Of a DNA stretch of 30,051 bases, positions 6,622-14,823 are shown in pieces. The position numbers and the translations under genes were made by a program. The stretch is from positions 1-30,051 of IMG/VR virus record IMGVR_UViG_3300017691_000005. One strand, written 5' to 3'. The notes beneath the pieces were generated by a model. That model saw only the letters and a program-made list of their open reading frames with translations, was not told where the DNA came from and did no database searches. Position 1 is the first letter of the stretch; each line of letters begins with the position of its first letter. Origin of the DNA: a virus. Lineage: Duplodnaviria > Heunggongvirae > Uroviricota > Caudoviricetes.

Positions 6622-6752
6622 ATCATACCGAGTCCGTGGTATGAGACGGGAATGGAAGTGTTACGCCATTCGTTGTGCAGGATATAGGAATTGTGGTTTC
6701 TTATCTTAGGATGGAATTAGTTACCAAAAACCCCGCTTCGGCGGGGTTTTTG
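6622..6752 (+). ncRNA. Candidate ~130-nt structured small RNA
   Basis: Bracketed by a promoter and a terminator. Three internal hairpins (6623-44, 6650-71, 6679-6707); G-U pairs favour the plus strand. No ORF with a convincing SD. Confidence 0.55.
6726..6751 (+). terminator. Intrinsic terminator with a C(UUCG)G tetraloop
   Basis: AAAAACCCCGC-TTCG-GCGGGGTTTTT. Confidence 0.92.
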
Positions 6753-6777
6753 TTTTATACTCTTTATCAATTATTAT
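6750..6777 (+). promoter_or_regulatory. Candidate promoter for a leaderless transcript starting at ATG 6784
   Basis: TTGTTT-16-TATTAT (overlapping TATAAT at 6775-80). ATG lies 7 nt after TATTAT; no SD. Confidence 0.55.
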
Positions 6778-6783
6778 AATAAG

Positions 6784-7071
6784 ATGGTGAAGGAAAGAGC
6801 GGCCAGAATAATAGACGGCAAGATACTAGAGTCTGTCGTACCTGACGAAATTCTTCGAAAAGTACAGGCTGACGTTTTATATCTTAAGCCGAACATATTT
6901 ATTCAAACCACTCCTGCGTCTACTTGGATTGTTAACCATAATTTAGGCAGACTTCCATTAGTCAATGTTTTTGTTGGCAATGACCAAGTAGATACAGATA
7001 TTATTGTTACAGATAATCAAATAACCGTAGTATTCCCCAGCCCTCTTGCTGGTAAAATTTCATATACTTAG
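6784..7071 (+). CDS. Small virion structural/fibre-associated protein
   Basis: WIVNHNLGRLPLVNV motif; a similar VTHNLGTRDV motif occurs in the next gene. Confidence 0.65.
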   Translation: MVKERAARIIDGKILESVVPDEILRKVQADVLYLKPNIFIQTTPASTWIVNHNLGRLPLVNVFVGNDQVDTDIIVTDNQITVVFPSPLAGKISYT

Positions 7072-7081
7072 GAGATAACGA

Positions 7082-7867
7082 ATGGCACGTAAACTATTAA
7101 CCGGTGCTGATGTAAACAATCAGCGCATTATTAACTTGGCTGACGGTTCTAATCCAACTGACGCCGTAACATTCCAGCAGTTGCAGGCTGCTATTAGAGG
7201 ACTTGACTGGAAACAGTCTGTTCGTGCTGCTACAACCGCTAACATTACACTTTCCGCTACTCAGACAGTTGACGGTGTTTCCCTTGCAGTTAACGACCGT
7301 GTTTTAGTCAAAGACCAGTCAACTGCCTCAGCAAATGGTATTTATGTTGTTCAGTCCGCTGCTTGGTCAAGATCCGTTGACGCCGACGAAGGTCTAGAAG
7401 TAACTTCCGGACTCGCTGTTACTGTTGAACAGGGAACTGTCAATGGAGACAAGACATTTATTCTAACAACTGATGGACCTATTACATTAGGAACAACTGC
7501 GCTTGCATTCTCACCTCTTGGTGGTTCTGCACCTGTATATACAGGTGGTAACGGTATTAATATTGCCGGACAGGTTGTATCTGCGGTAGTCAAGAGTGGT
7601 GGAGGTCTATCTCTAGACTCAACTGGTCTTTACATTGATACTTCCGTTGTTACTCGTAAATATGCCGTAACAATTGGTGACGGATCTGCTACAGCCTTTA
7701 CAGTCACTCACAATCTTGGAACAAGAGATGTTGACACAACCGTATTCAACATTTCAACCAATGAAGCAGTGGATGTAGATATTGTTATGACTAGCACATC
7801 TGCTATTACAGTCAGTTTCGCTAGTGCTCCTGCATCCGGTTCTTACCGCGTAGTTGTAATGGGCTGA
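7082..7867 (+). CDS. Virion fibre/decoration protein
   Basis: DWKQSVRAATTANITLS...DGV...NDRVLVKDQ...NGIYVV...W-x-R-x-x-DAD, a domain typical of phage fibre proteins. SD TAGGAG. Confidence 0.75.
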   Translation: MARKLLTGADVNNQRIINLADGSNPTDAVTFQQLQAAIRGLDWKQSVRAATTANITLSATQTVDGVSLAVNDRVLVKDQSTASANGIYVVQSAAWSRSVDADEGLEVTSGLAVTVEQGTVNGDKTFILTTDGPITLGTTALAFSPLGGSAPVYTGGNGINIAGQVVSAVVKSGGGLSLDSTGLYIDTSVVTRKYAVTIGDGSATAFTVTHNLGTRDVDTTVFNISTNEAVDVDIVMTSTSAITVSFASAPASGSYRVVVMG

Positions 7868-7871
7868 TTAA

Positions 7872-8732
7872 GTGGCTAGACAGAATTTAGGAACTAAACC
7901 AGTAAGGGCTAGTGACGTTGCTTTATTAAGTGACGTCACTAGCCGTATTGGAACAATGTCTTTCGGTTCTTGGGTAGTTTATCAGGGAGCAGATTTATCA
8001 AACGCGACAACAACCCAGGTTGATACTGATTTAATGGTCAGTAATTTGCCAATAGGTTTGTATGTTATTGATGTTTATGGATGGGACTCTAGTGCTGCAA
8101 CTGGCTCCGGGCCTAGATTTTCCATAGGTTCAAGTACATCAGGCGCTGTTGGAACTGTTTATGGATCTTTAGAGCAGAATACTTCTGCCACAGCAATTTC
8201 CACAGGTAACCTCAATACGGCTAACTCTGCCGGTGGGTTTAACCCTGGTACCGCCAACACAGTATTTCCATTTAGAGTCCACTCATATTTTCAAGTTCTT
8301 AATGCCTCGGCAAAGATTGGTATTAGATTTGCTTCATCATCAACAACGTCCATGACTTTGAAGGCTTATTCATATGCTGTTATCAACGCGATTGGAACGC
8401 AAAGTCAGGCTGCCGGTGCTGCTCAAAGAATACTTACCAAAAGAGATATTACGGGGGCTTATACATTAGTTTCAGCGGATGCTCAAGATATGGTGATGAA
8501 CTCAACATCTTCATCTGCGTTAACAATTACTCTCCCAGCCAACGGTGTTATTCCTATAGAATCTGCTATTCCTTGGAGACAGACTGGCGCTGGTCAAATA
8601 ACGTTTGCGCCTGCTAGCGGTATGACGCTTCTTAGTCGTGGTGCTTTGACAAAGAGTGCAGGCCAGTATGCCGGTGGTGTAGTAACCCAAATTAGTTCTA
8701 CTCAATGGCTTCTTGAAGGCGATATCGCTTAA
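7872..8732 (+). CDS. Putative fibre protein, Ser/Thr/Gly-rich
   Basis: GTG start. C-terminal YTLVSAD...LTITLP...QTGAGQITF...WLLEGDI domain typical of phage fibre tips. Confidence 0.65.
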   Translation: MARQNLGTKPVRASDVALLSDVTSRIGTMSFGSWVVYQGADLSNATTTQVDTDLMVSNLPIGLYVIDVYGWDSSAATGSGPRFSIGSSTSGAVGTVYGSLEQNTSATAISTGNLNTANSAGGFNPGTANTVFPFRVHSYFQVLNASAKIGIRFASSSTTSMTLKAYSYAVINAIGTQSQAAGAAQRILTKRDITGAYTLVSADAQDMVMNSTSSSALTITLPANGVIPIESAIPWRQTGAGQITFAPASGMTLLSRGALTKSAGQYAGGVVTQISSTQWLLEGDIA

Positions 8733-10045
8733 TGAGCATTAGGGCGAACAGGTATGGAGCGCTATTGAGTTCTAGAAGAAGACCTCTTGCAATTCTAGAT
8801 ATTTCCACTATTCCCAATATGACGGGGTGGTGGAAAGCGGATTCTATAACTGGAATTGCTGATGGCGGTACAGTTCAATCATGGGCTGATTCAGGTCCGG
8901 GTAAATTTCCAGCGGAGCAGTCAAACAGCGGTATATGCCCAACCTTTCAGGCAGCGGTACTTAACGGCAAACCGGTTGTCAGATTCTCTAATGACAGACT
9001 CGTTTCAAACGTTAGTGCCTCAGACCCTAACCGTACAATATTCTCTGTGGTTAAACCAACAAATATAACCACTATTAGTTCTATTATTGGTTCTTCTTCT
9101 CAAGGTGGACTTCAGTTTAGAATTTATTCAGATGGAAAACTAGAATTTTTAGTACAGTCAATTGAAGGAACTACTAGATCAAATAGTTCGGTAACTGCTT
9201 CAAATTTCCAAATTGCTACTGGATCGTTTGCTTCTAGTGGCGGTTACAATTATTGGATAAACGGAACAGCATCGGGTGGAGGAACTATTGGGCGAGGACT
9301 AGATAGCAATCAAGTCACGATCCTAGGTGCTCACGCAGTTCAAAATGATGAGTTTTTCAATGGTGATATTGCAGAAATCATTGAATTCAGTCGAGTTTTA
9401 AGTGCCAGTGAGCGCGCCCAAGTTCATTCTTATTTGCAAGATAAGTATGCTGTTACTACAAGTGATTACGTCAGCCCTGGTGGTACTGCACCGGTAACCC
9501 GTACTAATTTGACAGTCAATCCTTCATTTGAAAACAATGTTACTGATGGCGGTTACACATACGGCTCAACCACCGCACAAACTCGTGATACAAGCAACTT
9601 CTTTATCGGCGCTGCAAGTCTCAAAGTTTACGCGCAAGATGAGGGAAGCGACCTAGGAATGATTGTTTCATTTGGCGCTCTAGAGGCTGGTTCATATACC
9701 TTCTCTGGATGGATGAAGACGGAAAACGTTACCAACAATGCAACTTTTGTCATCAGACGTTTGGATACTTATGCCACAATAGGTACTGAACATCACGTTG
9801 TCGGTACAACGGGTTGGACAAGAAAACAAATTACATTTACTGCTCCTGGCGGGGCTCAGATAGAATTTGTTGGCGGCATTGGGTCTTATGGAACATCGTC
9901 AGCGGGTACCGTTTGGTTTGATGGTCTATTAATGGAAGTTGGAACTGAACTTAAGCCTTACTTCGATGGTTCTTATAGCCAGGCTGGAAAATCTGTATCA
10001 TGGAACGGAGCAGCACACAATTCTACTTCTAGGGAAACACAATAA
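8732..10045 (+). CDS. Virion protein with a LamG/concanavalin-A-like domain and a CBM-like domain
   Basis: GWWKADSI...FNGDIAEIIEFSRVLS is LamG-like. NLTVNPSFE...YTFSGWMKT...WTR...VWFDGL resembles CBM4/9. TAATG coupling. Confidence 0.75.
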   Translation: MSIRANRYGALLSSRRRPLAILDISTIPNMTGWWKADSITGIADGGTVQSWADSGPGKFPAEQSNSGICPTFQAAVLNGKPVVRFSNDRLVSNVSASDPNRTIFSVVKPTNITTISSIIGSSSQGGLQFRIYSDGKLEFLVQSIEGTTRSNSSVTASNFQIATGSFASSGGYNYWINGTASGGGTIGRGLDSNQVTILGAHAVQNDEFFNGDIAEIIEFSRVLSASERAQVHSYLQDKYAVTTSDYVSPGGTAPVTRTNLTVNPSFENNVTDGGYTYGSTTAQTRDTSNFFIGAASLKVYAQDEGSDLGMIVSFGALEAGSYTFSGWMKTENVTNNATFVIRRLDTYATIGTEHHVVGTTGWTRKQITFTAPGGAQIEFVGGIGSYGTSSAGTVWFDGLLMEVGTELKPYFDGSYSQAGKSVSWNGAAHNSTSRETQ

Positions 10046-11493
10046 TGTCTTATGAGAAAATGATTCAAAAGGATGTGCCTTACGCTTACTATAATTTAGA
10101 TAGCGCGGGTGCATCTAGACCTCCCCTTGTTTGGGCGGGAGAGGGAGCATCGTTAATAACTAATGAGACGATTACTTATTCTCTGCCAGTATTCTCTAAT
10201 CGTAATCAAGCCTATGCAATAGAAGTTTGGTTTAGGCCGCTGGATGAAAGATCTATATCGGTTATTGGTCACAGCGAGGGAGATGGACTTAAGTGGTCTA
10301 ATAAAACTATTTCGTATGAACTATGGATAGGCGATAAGAAAATAATTCTTTCTTATTACGCAGATATTATTAGAACTTTCCACGTAGTTGTGTCTTACAA
10401 CTCTGCTTCACTTTCTTTGTTTGTCAATGGAGAGTTAAAAGACTCGTATATCTTTGATCAAGACGAATACGATTATCCCTATTTTAATTTTACTGACCCA
10501 TCTATATTGCAAACTGCCGGTAACGGTAACCCATTTATTATTGACGCTGTTGCCTTTTACACAGATATCAATATTAATCTCCCAAAAATTCATTACCAAT
10601 GGGCTCAACCAGCAACCCAAATAATTAGTAATGTCGCTATGCAAAGTGCAGAAACTTTTGAATTTCAGTATGAAAATATTGTCACTATTGACGAAAACGT
10701 TGATATTACGGTTTCTTATGTTGATAATGTAACAACAACCGGCGGTTTTATTACACAAGTCGTCAATGAGCAAAGTCAAGTACTCGCTGGCTCTTGGACA
10801 GGTTATTTTCGTATAGGAGATATAAAGAACAATATAGTTTCATGGGATGCCGATGGACCGGTTGTAGCGTCATATTCTCTTGATGACACAAATTGGACGG
10901 AACTTAAAAATGGCGGCTACATTGCCACGACTAGTAGCAGTCAGACATATTTTCTTTTGAAATTTACTTTTCCTGCCAATCAGCAAATCAAGGTAGAAAA
11001 TATTAGCATCGTTAAATACGATAACCAGTCTGTCTCTTCTCACGGAGGGTCAAGAACCGTTCAGTTGACAAACCAGCCCATCTTTAAACAATATTTTTAT
11101 CCAACAATTGCCTTTGATAGAGGAGTTAGCGGCTCTTTGGCTGTTTCTGGAAACGAGGCGGCAGCGGCGGTAGAATTTTGGATTAAGGGCCCGTCAGAAG
11201 ATTCCATAACTTCTTTGTCGGGAACCAAGAAGATAAATAATGATAAAGGATGGTATCAAAACGACTGGAATCATGTTGTTGTTTCAGGCAACGTCCCTAA
11301 TTCATTTACAGTGGGAAATTCAGATTCTATAGTTTCCATACTAAACATCTATGTTAATGACCCGTCCGTACCATTCTTGTACAACTCTTATTTTGGTAAT
11401 AATAAATGGTTTACAAATGATGTCTCTTTGACAACCATTTCTGACGGTTTCAAGCAATACGGTTACAACTGGTCTATTGTTATTAGCGGATAG
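10045..11493 (+). CDS. LamG-domain minor structural protein
   Basis: PYAYYNLD, AIEVWFRP, FHVVVSYN...LFVNG, IIDAVAFY, WNHVVV. TAATG coupling. Confidence 0.7.
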   Translation: MSYEKMIQKDVPYAYYNLDSAGASRPPLVWAGEGASLITNETITYSLPVFSNRNQAYAIEVWFRPLDERSISVIGHSEGDGLKWSNKTISYELWIGDKKIILSYYADIIRTFHVVVSYNSASLSLFVNGELKDSYIFDQDEYDYPYFNFTDPSILQTAGNGNPFIIDAVAFYTDININLPKIHYQWAQPATQIISNVAMQSAETFEFQYENIVTIDENVDITVSYVDNVTTTGGFITQVVNEQSQVLAGSWTGYFRIGDIKNNIVSWDADGPVVASYSLDDTNWTELKNGGYIATTSSSQTYFLLKFTFPANQQIKVENISIVKYDNQSVSSHGGSRTVQLTNQPIFKQYFYPTIAFDRGVSGSLAVSGNEAAAAVEFWIKGPSEDSITSLSGTKKINNDKGWYQNDWNHVVVSGNVPNSFTVGNSDSIVSILNIYVNDPSVPFLYNSYFGNNKWFTNDVSLTTISDGFKQYGYNWSIVISG

Positions 11494-11503
11494 TGTCTAC
11501 TTA

Positions 11504-11532
11504 TTGACATAAAATGCTTATCAACTTAGAAT
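11504..11532 (+). promoter_or_regulatory. Near-consensus promoter for the head operon (leaderless)
   Basis: TTGACA-17-TAGAAT; ATG 11540 lies 8 nt downstream, with no SD. Confidence 0.8.
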
Positions 11533-11539
11533 TTTGTCC

Positions 11540-11878
11540 ATGTCACAGACAAATATCAAAGAAATAGAACAGACTAATCTAGGGGTCTACGTTTGGAGAA
11601 CTGATGATGGCAAGGTTGTCGGAGATGAAGATGGCAATTACATGCTTATTGCTTCTGCTAAAGGTGACCAGAGAAAGATAGACGCTTTGCAAAAAGCGGC
11701 TCGATCATATGGCATTGAGGGCGGACGCCCCGAGTTTCGCGCTGGCTCTAGACCCATTAGTCAGGCTGAGTGGGAAGAGCAACGTGCTAGACAAAACGAT
11801 GGCTATGTGCCAGACCCATACGACTTAGGCAACCTACTAGATGAGTACCGTTTTTCCAAGGAGAAGAATAAGCAGTGA
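11540..11878 (+). CDS. Conserved-looking hypothetical protein preceding the portal gene
   Basis: LGVYVW...DGK...GNY...KIDALQKAARSYG...RPISQAEWEEQ. ATG 11540 preferred over TTG 11534. Confidence 0.75.
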   Translation: MSQTNIKEIEQTNLGVYVWRTDDGKVVGDEDGNYMLIASAKGDQRKIDALQKAARSYGIEGGRPEFRAGSRPISQAEWEEQRARQNDGYVPDPYDLGNLLDEYRFSKEKNKQ

Positions 11879-13443
11879 TTCAAGAGGCTGAAGATAATGC
11901 GCGCGACGATGCAGAAGAGATAAGAGTATCGTTTAGAACTTCTAAGGCACCTGTCCATGAATACATAGACAAGTTTGCCTTTTCTAGCGACGACCTTAAA
12001 AAGTTTTACAATGTTTCTGCTACCGTGCGCCGCCGTGTTGCTCGTCAGTCTGGATCAAAGAGAGTCGAAGAGGAACAGTACAACGGCTACAACTTTTTTG
12101 GTGCGGTGACACCACCAGAAAACTTGGACTATCTCGCACGTCTGTATTCTCTATCCTCTCCACATTTTGCGGCGGTAAGAACTAAGGTTGCCAATGTTGT
12201 TGGCCTAGGCTATGACTTAGTAGAGTCTCCAGCCGCTAGAGATAAAGTAAACGCAAAATCTACTGAAGAGGCAACTGAATCTGCTCGCAAAAAACTCAGT
12301 AGAATGAAGTCTCAGGTATACGAGTGGATAGATACTCTCAATGAAGAGGATGATTTCACAGAAACTCTTAACAAGTTCTACACTGATTTTGAAACAACCG
12401 GTAACGGCTATTTAGAAATTGGTAGAGATAACAACGGACAAATTGGATATATTGGACATATCCCTTGTTTGAGTATTCGCGTTCGCCAGGCCCGCGACGG
12501 ATTTATTCAAATTATTGGCAAAGAAGTTGTCTTCTTTAGAAACTTTGGAGATAAAACAACTCCAAACCCTATTACTGATGATGAGAATCCTAACGAGATA
12601 TTACATCTTAAAAAGTACTCACCAGTCAGTAGTTACTACGGATCTCCGGACATAAAAGCAGCCACTCAGGCAATCGCTGGTAACGAGTTTTCTTCTCGAT
12701 ACAATCTGGACTATTTTGAGAACAAGGCTGTACCTAGATATGTTATTGTCATTAAAGGTGGAAAGTTAGGTCTGGCCGCTCAGGCAGACATTATCAGTTT
12801 CTTTGAGTCAGCCAAAGGTGAGAACCACAGAACGCTATTTGTTCCACTTCCCGCTGATACTCAGGATTCAAAAGTGTCCTTTGAGATGAAACCGGTAGAG
12901 ACTGGTATACAAGAAGCATCATTCTCTAATTATCGTAAGGGCAATAACTCAGATGTTTTCCTAGTAAATCAAGTACCACCATCAAGGGCTGGTCAGGCGG
13001 AAAACATCGGATTGGCTGCCGCTCAAGATGCCAGTAGAAATTTCCTAGAACAAGTCGTTAAGCCTGCTCAAAGGATTCTAGAGAAAAAACTCAATAGAAT
13101 TATTGCCGAGAAGACTGACGCATTTGTTATTAAGTTCACCGAATCTTCCTTGGTCGATCAACTAACTCAAGCAAAGATAGACGAAACCTATCTTCGTTGG
13201 GGTGTCATTGTTCCTAATGATATTAGAGTCGGCCGCTGGGGCAAGGAAGCATTACCAGATGGTGACAAGAGGGCGAAGATGCCTGCGGTTGATGGTGCAG
13301 CAGAAATAGCCGCTCAGAAGAACGCTGATCAAAATGCTACTGCACGTCAGTCAAGAACTAGGGATCAGCAGCGTTCAAGTAATGCTACTGACAGTATCAA
13401 TGTTGGTAGAAATGCACAGGGTAATGGCAGAACAACAGAATGA
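11875..13443 (+). CDS. Portal protein (HK97/PBSX-like)
   Basis: DFETTGNGYLEI, EILHLKKYSP-x-SSYYGSPD, NLDYFENKAVP, VPPSRAG, NDIR. Confidence 0.92.
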   Translation: MIQEAEDNARDDAEEIRVSFRTSKAPVHEYIDKFAFSSDDLKKFYNVSATVRRRVARQSGSKRVEEEQYNGYNFFGAVTPPENLDYLARLYSLSSPHFAAVRTKVANVVGLGYDLVESPAARDKVNAKSTEEATESARKKLSRMKSQVYEWIDTLNEEDDFTETLNKFYTDFETTGNGYLEIGRDNNGQIGYIGHIPCLSIRVRQARDGFIQIIGKEVVFFRNFGDKTTPNPITDDENPNEILHLKKYSPVSSYYGSPDIKAATQAIAGNEFSSRYNLDYFENKAVPRYVIVIKGGKLGLAAQADIISFFESAKGENHRTLFVPLPADTQDSKVSFEMKPVETGIQEASFSNYRKGNNSDVFLVNQVPPSRAGQAENIGLAAAQDASRNFLEQVVKPAQRILEKKLNRIIAEKTDAFVIKFTESSLVDQLTQAKIDETYLRWGVIVPNDIRVGRWGKEALPDGDKRAKMPAVDGAAEIAAQKNADQNATARQSRTRDQQRSSNATDSINVGRNAQGNGRTTE

Positions 13444-13454
13444 AACAACATAAT

Positions 13455-13482
13455 TTGACTTTATATTTGAATATGTGAAAAT
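13455..13482 (+). promoter_or_regulatory. Candidate promoter for the protease gene
   Basis: TTGACT -35 with a weak -10 (GAAAAT preceded by TGT). ATG 13490 lies 8 nt downstream. Confidence 0.35.
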
Positions 13483-13489
13483 GAGAAAC

Positions 13490-14788
13490 ATGAAGATTGA
13501 AAAGGCCAATTTTGGGGTAGACGGTGAGAGAGTTTCCCTTTCCGTACCTCTTGCCAAAGTTGACGCAGAAAATCGCATAGTCTCTGGTTTTGCTACATTG
13601 GACAATGTTGATACACAAAGCGACGTTGTTACTGCCGAAGCGAGTGTACTAGCGTTTGAGCGCTCACGTCGTAATCTCAGAGAAATGCATCAAAAGAAAG
13701 CCGTTGGAAGAGTTGTCTCTTTCAAAGAGGATGAATTCTATGATGCAGAAACTCAGAAGTTTTATAAAGGCATCTACGTTGATGCTTATGTATCTAAAGG
13801 AGCACCCGATACTTGGGAGAAAGTTCTAGATGGAACCCTTGCTGCATTTAGCATCGGCGGTTCTATTGTTGATGCAGAGACCTCAATAATAAAAGATGCT
13901 TCTGGCACTAGTAAACCAGTAAGAATTATTAAAGACTATAATCTTACAGAATTATCACTAGTAGATAGTGGTGCTAATCAACTTGCTAATGTTTTCTCAA
14001 TAACGAAGATGGCCGATGGCGACCTAACTGCTGATGGGATGGCGGCGGAAGTAGTTATTGAGAATGTTTTTTTCTGTGAAACAGATAATATTGCTAAGTC
14101 TGTACAAGCAGAAGCGGCTACTTGCTCTAATTGCTCTCAAGTAATGAAAAATATTGGATGGATTGAACCTGATTCCGATAGAGAAGCGGCTGTAAGTGAA
14201 CTTGTTGCTAAAGTAATTACAACGAGAGACATAACTACTATTGAAAGGAGTGAGGAAATGTCCGAAAACACAACATCACATGGTGACCACGACAACGTTA
14301 CTGTTAATAGTGCGACTGCTGAAGACGTTCTAGAGAACGCTGAAGGAGTAGAGCCTGACAAGGAAACTGTCGAAGAGCCAAAGGAAGAAAGCGCTGCTGA
14401 CGTAAAAGAAGATGTTCCTGTTGACGAAGAGCCAAACGTACAAAAAATGATTGGCGACCTATCCGATCAAATCAAGACATCATTTGAAAAGAGTTCGGCA
14501 GAAACCGGAAAACTTATTGGAGAGGTTGACGCCAAGTTAGAAAAATCTAACGGCGAATTAAAGGCTGAAATTGAAGCCCTCAACACAAAGCACAATGAGT
14601 TGGTTGAAAAGTTTAATGGTTTGGAAAGCAACTCCTCTAGCGTCGCAAAGCGTCTAGATGTAGTAGAAGCCGGTACAGCCATAAAGAAGTCTAATGATCT
14701 TGGCGGATCATCAGAAGATTCTACCATCACAAAGAGGAAAGAATCATCAATTTGGGAAGGAGCCTTTCTCGGTACTTCCTCATTGTAA
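13490..14788 (+). CDS. Capsid maturation protease with a C-terminal scaffold-like region
   Basis: RIVSGFATLDNVD, LREMH, AAFSIGG and ELSLVDSGAN match the HK97-type prohead protease. Acidic coiled-coil C-terminus. The start could be 13475, 13481 or 13490. Confidence 0.88.
   Translation: MKIEKANFGVDGERVSLSVPLAKVDAENRIVSGFATLDNVDTQSDVVTAEASVLAFERSRRNLREMHQKKAVGRVVSFKEDEFYDAETQKFYKGIYVDAYVSKGAPDTWEKVLDGTLAAFSIGGSIVDAETSIIKDASGTSKPVRIIKDYNLTELSLVDSGANQLANVFSITKMADGDLTADGMAAEVVIENVFFCETDNIAKSVQAEAATCSNCSQVMKNIGWIEPDSDREAAVSELVAKVITTRDITTIERSEEMSENTTSHGDHDNVTVNSATAEDVLENAEGVEPDKETVEEPKEESAADVKEDVPVDEEPNVQKMIGDLSDQIKTSFEKSSAETGKLIGEVDAKLEKSNGELKAEIEALNTKHNELVEKFNGLESNSSSVAKRLDVVEAGTAIKKSNDLGGSSEDSTITKRKESSIWEGAFLGTSSL
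14258..14788 (+). CDS. Putative nested in-frame scaffolding protein (176 aa)
   Basis: Internal ATG preceded by GAAAGGAG (14243-50) at 7-nt spacing. The product is acidic with heptad-like C-terminal helices. Confidence 0.55.
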   Translation: MSENTTSHGDHDNVTVNSATAEDVLENAEGVEPDKETVEEPKEESAADVKEDVPVDEEPNVQKMIGDLSDQIKTSFEKSSAETGKLIGEVDAKLEKSNGELKAEIEALNTKHNELVEKFNGLESNSSSVAKRLDVVEAGTAIKKSNDLGGSSEDSTITKRKESSIWEGAFLGTSSL

Positions 14789-14823
14789 GGAAACCAAACT
14801 TAGAAAGAAGGTGAAATAAGACT

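Noticed and set aside
6630-6650. H-type pseudoknot between CCGT and ACGG
   Set aside because: Only 1 nt would have to span a 7-bp stem, which is sterically implausible. Treated as an alternative hairpin instead.
6641-6709. 22-codon Cys-rich ORF (MRREWKCYAIRCAGYRNCGFLS)
   Set aside because: No SD, not leaderless, and the ATG is buried in a stem. Not excluded without ribosome profiling.
6622-6727. tRNA interpretation of the multi-hairpin element ending in ...TTACCA
   Set aside because: No T-loop GTTCRA, no 7-bp acceptor stem and no 7-nt anticodon loop.
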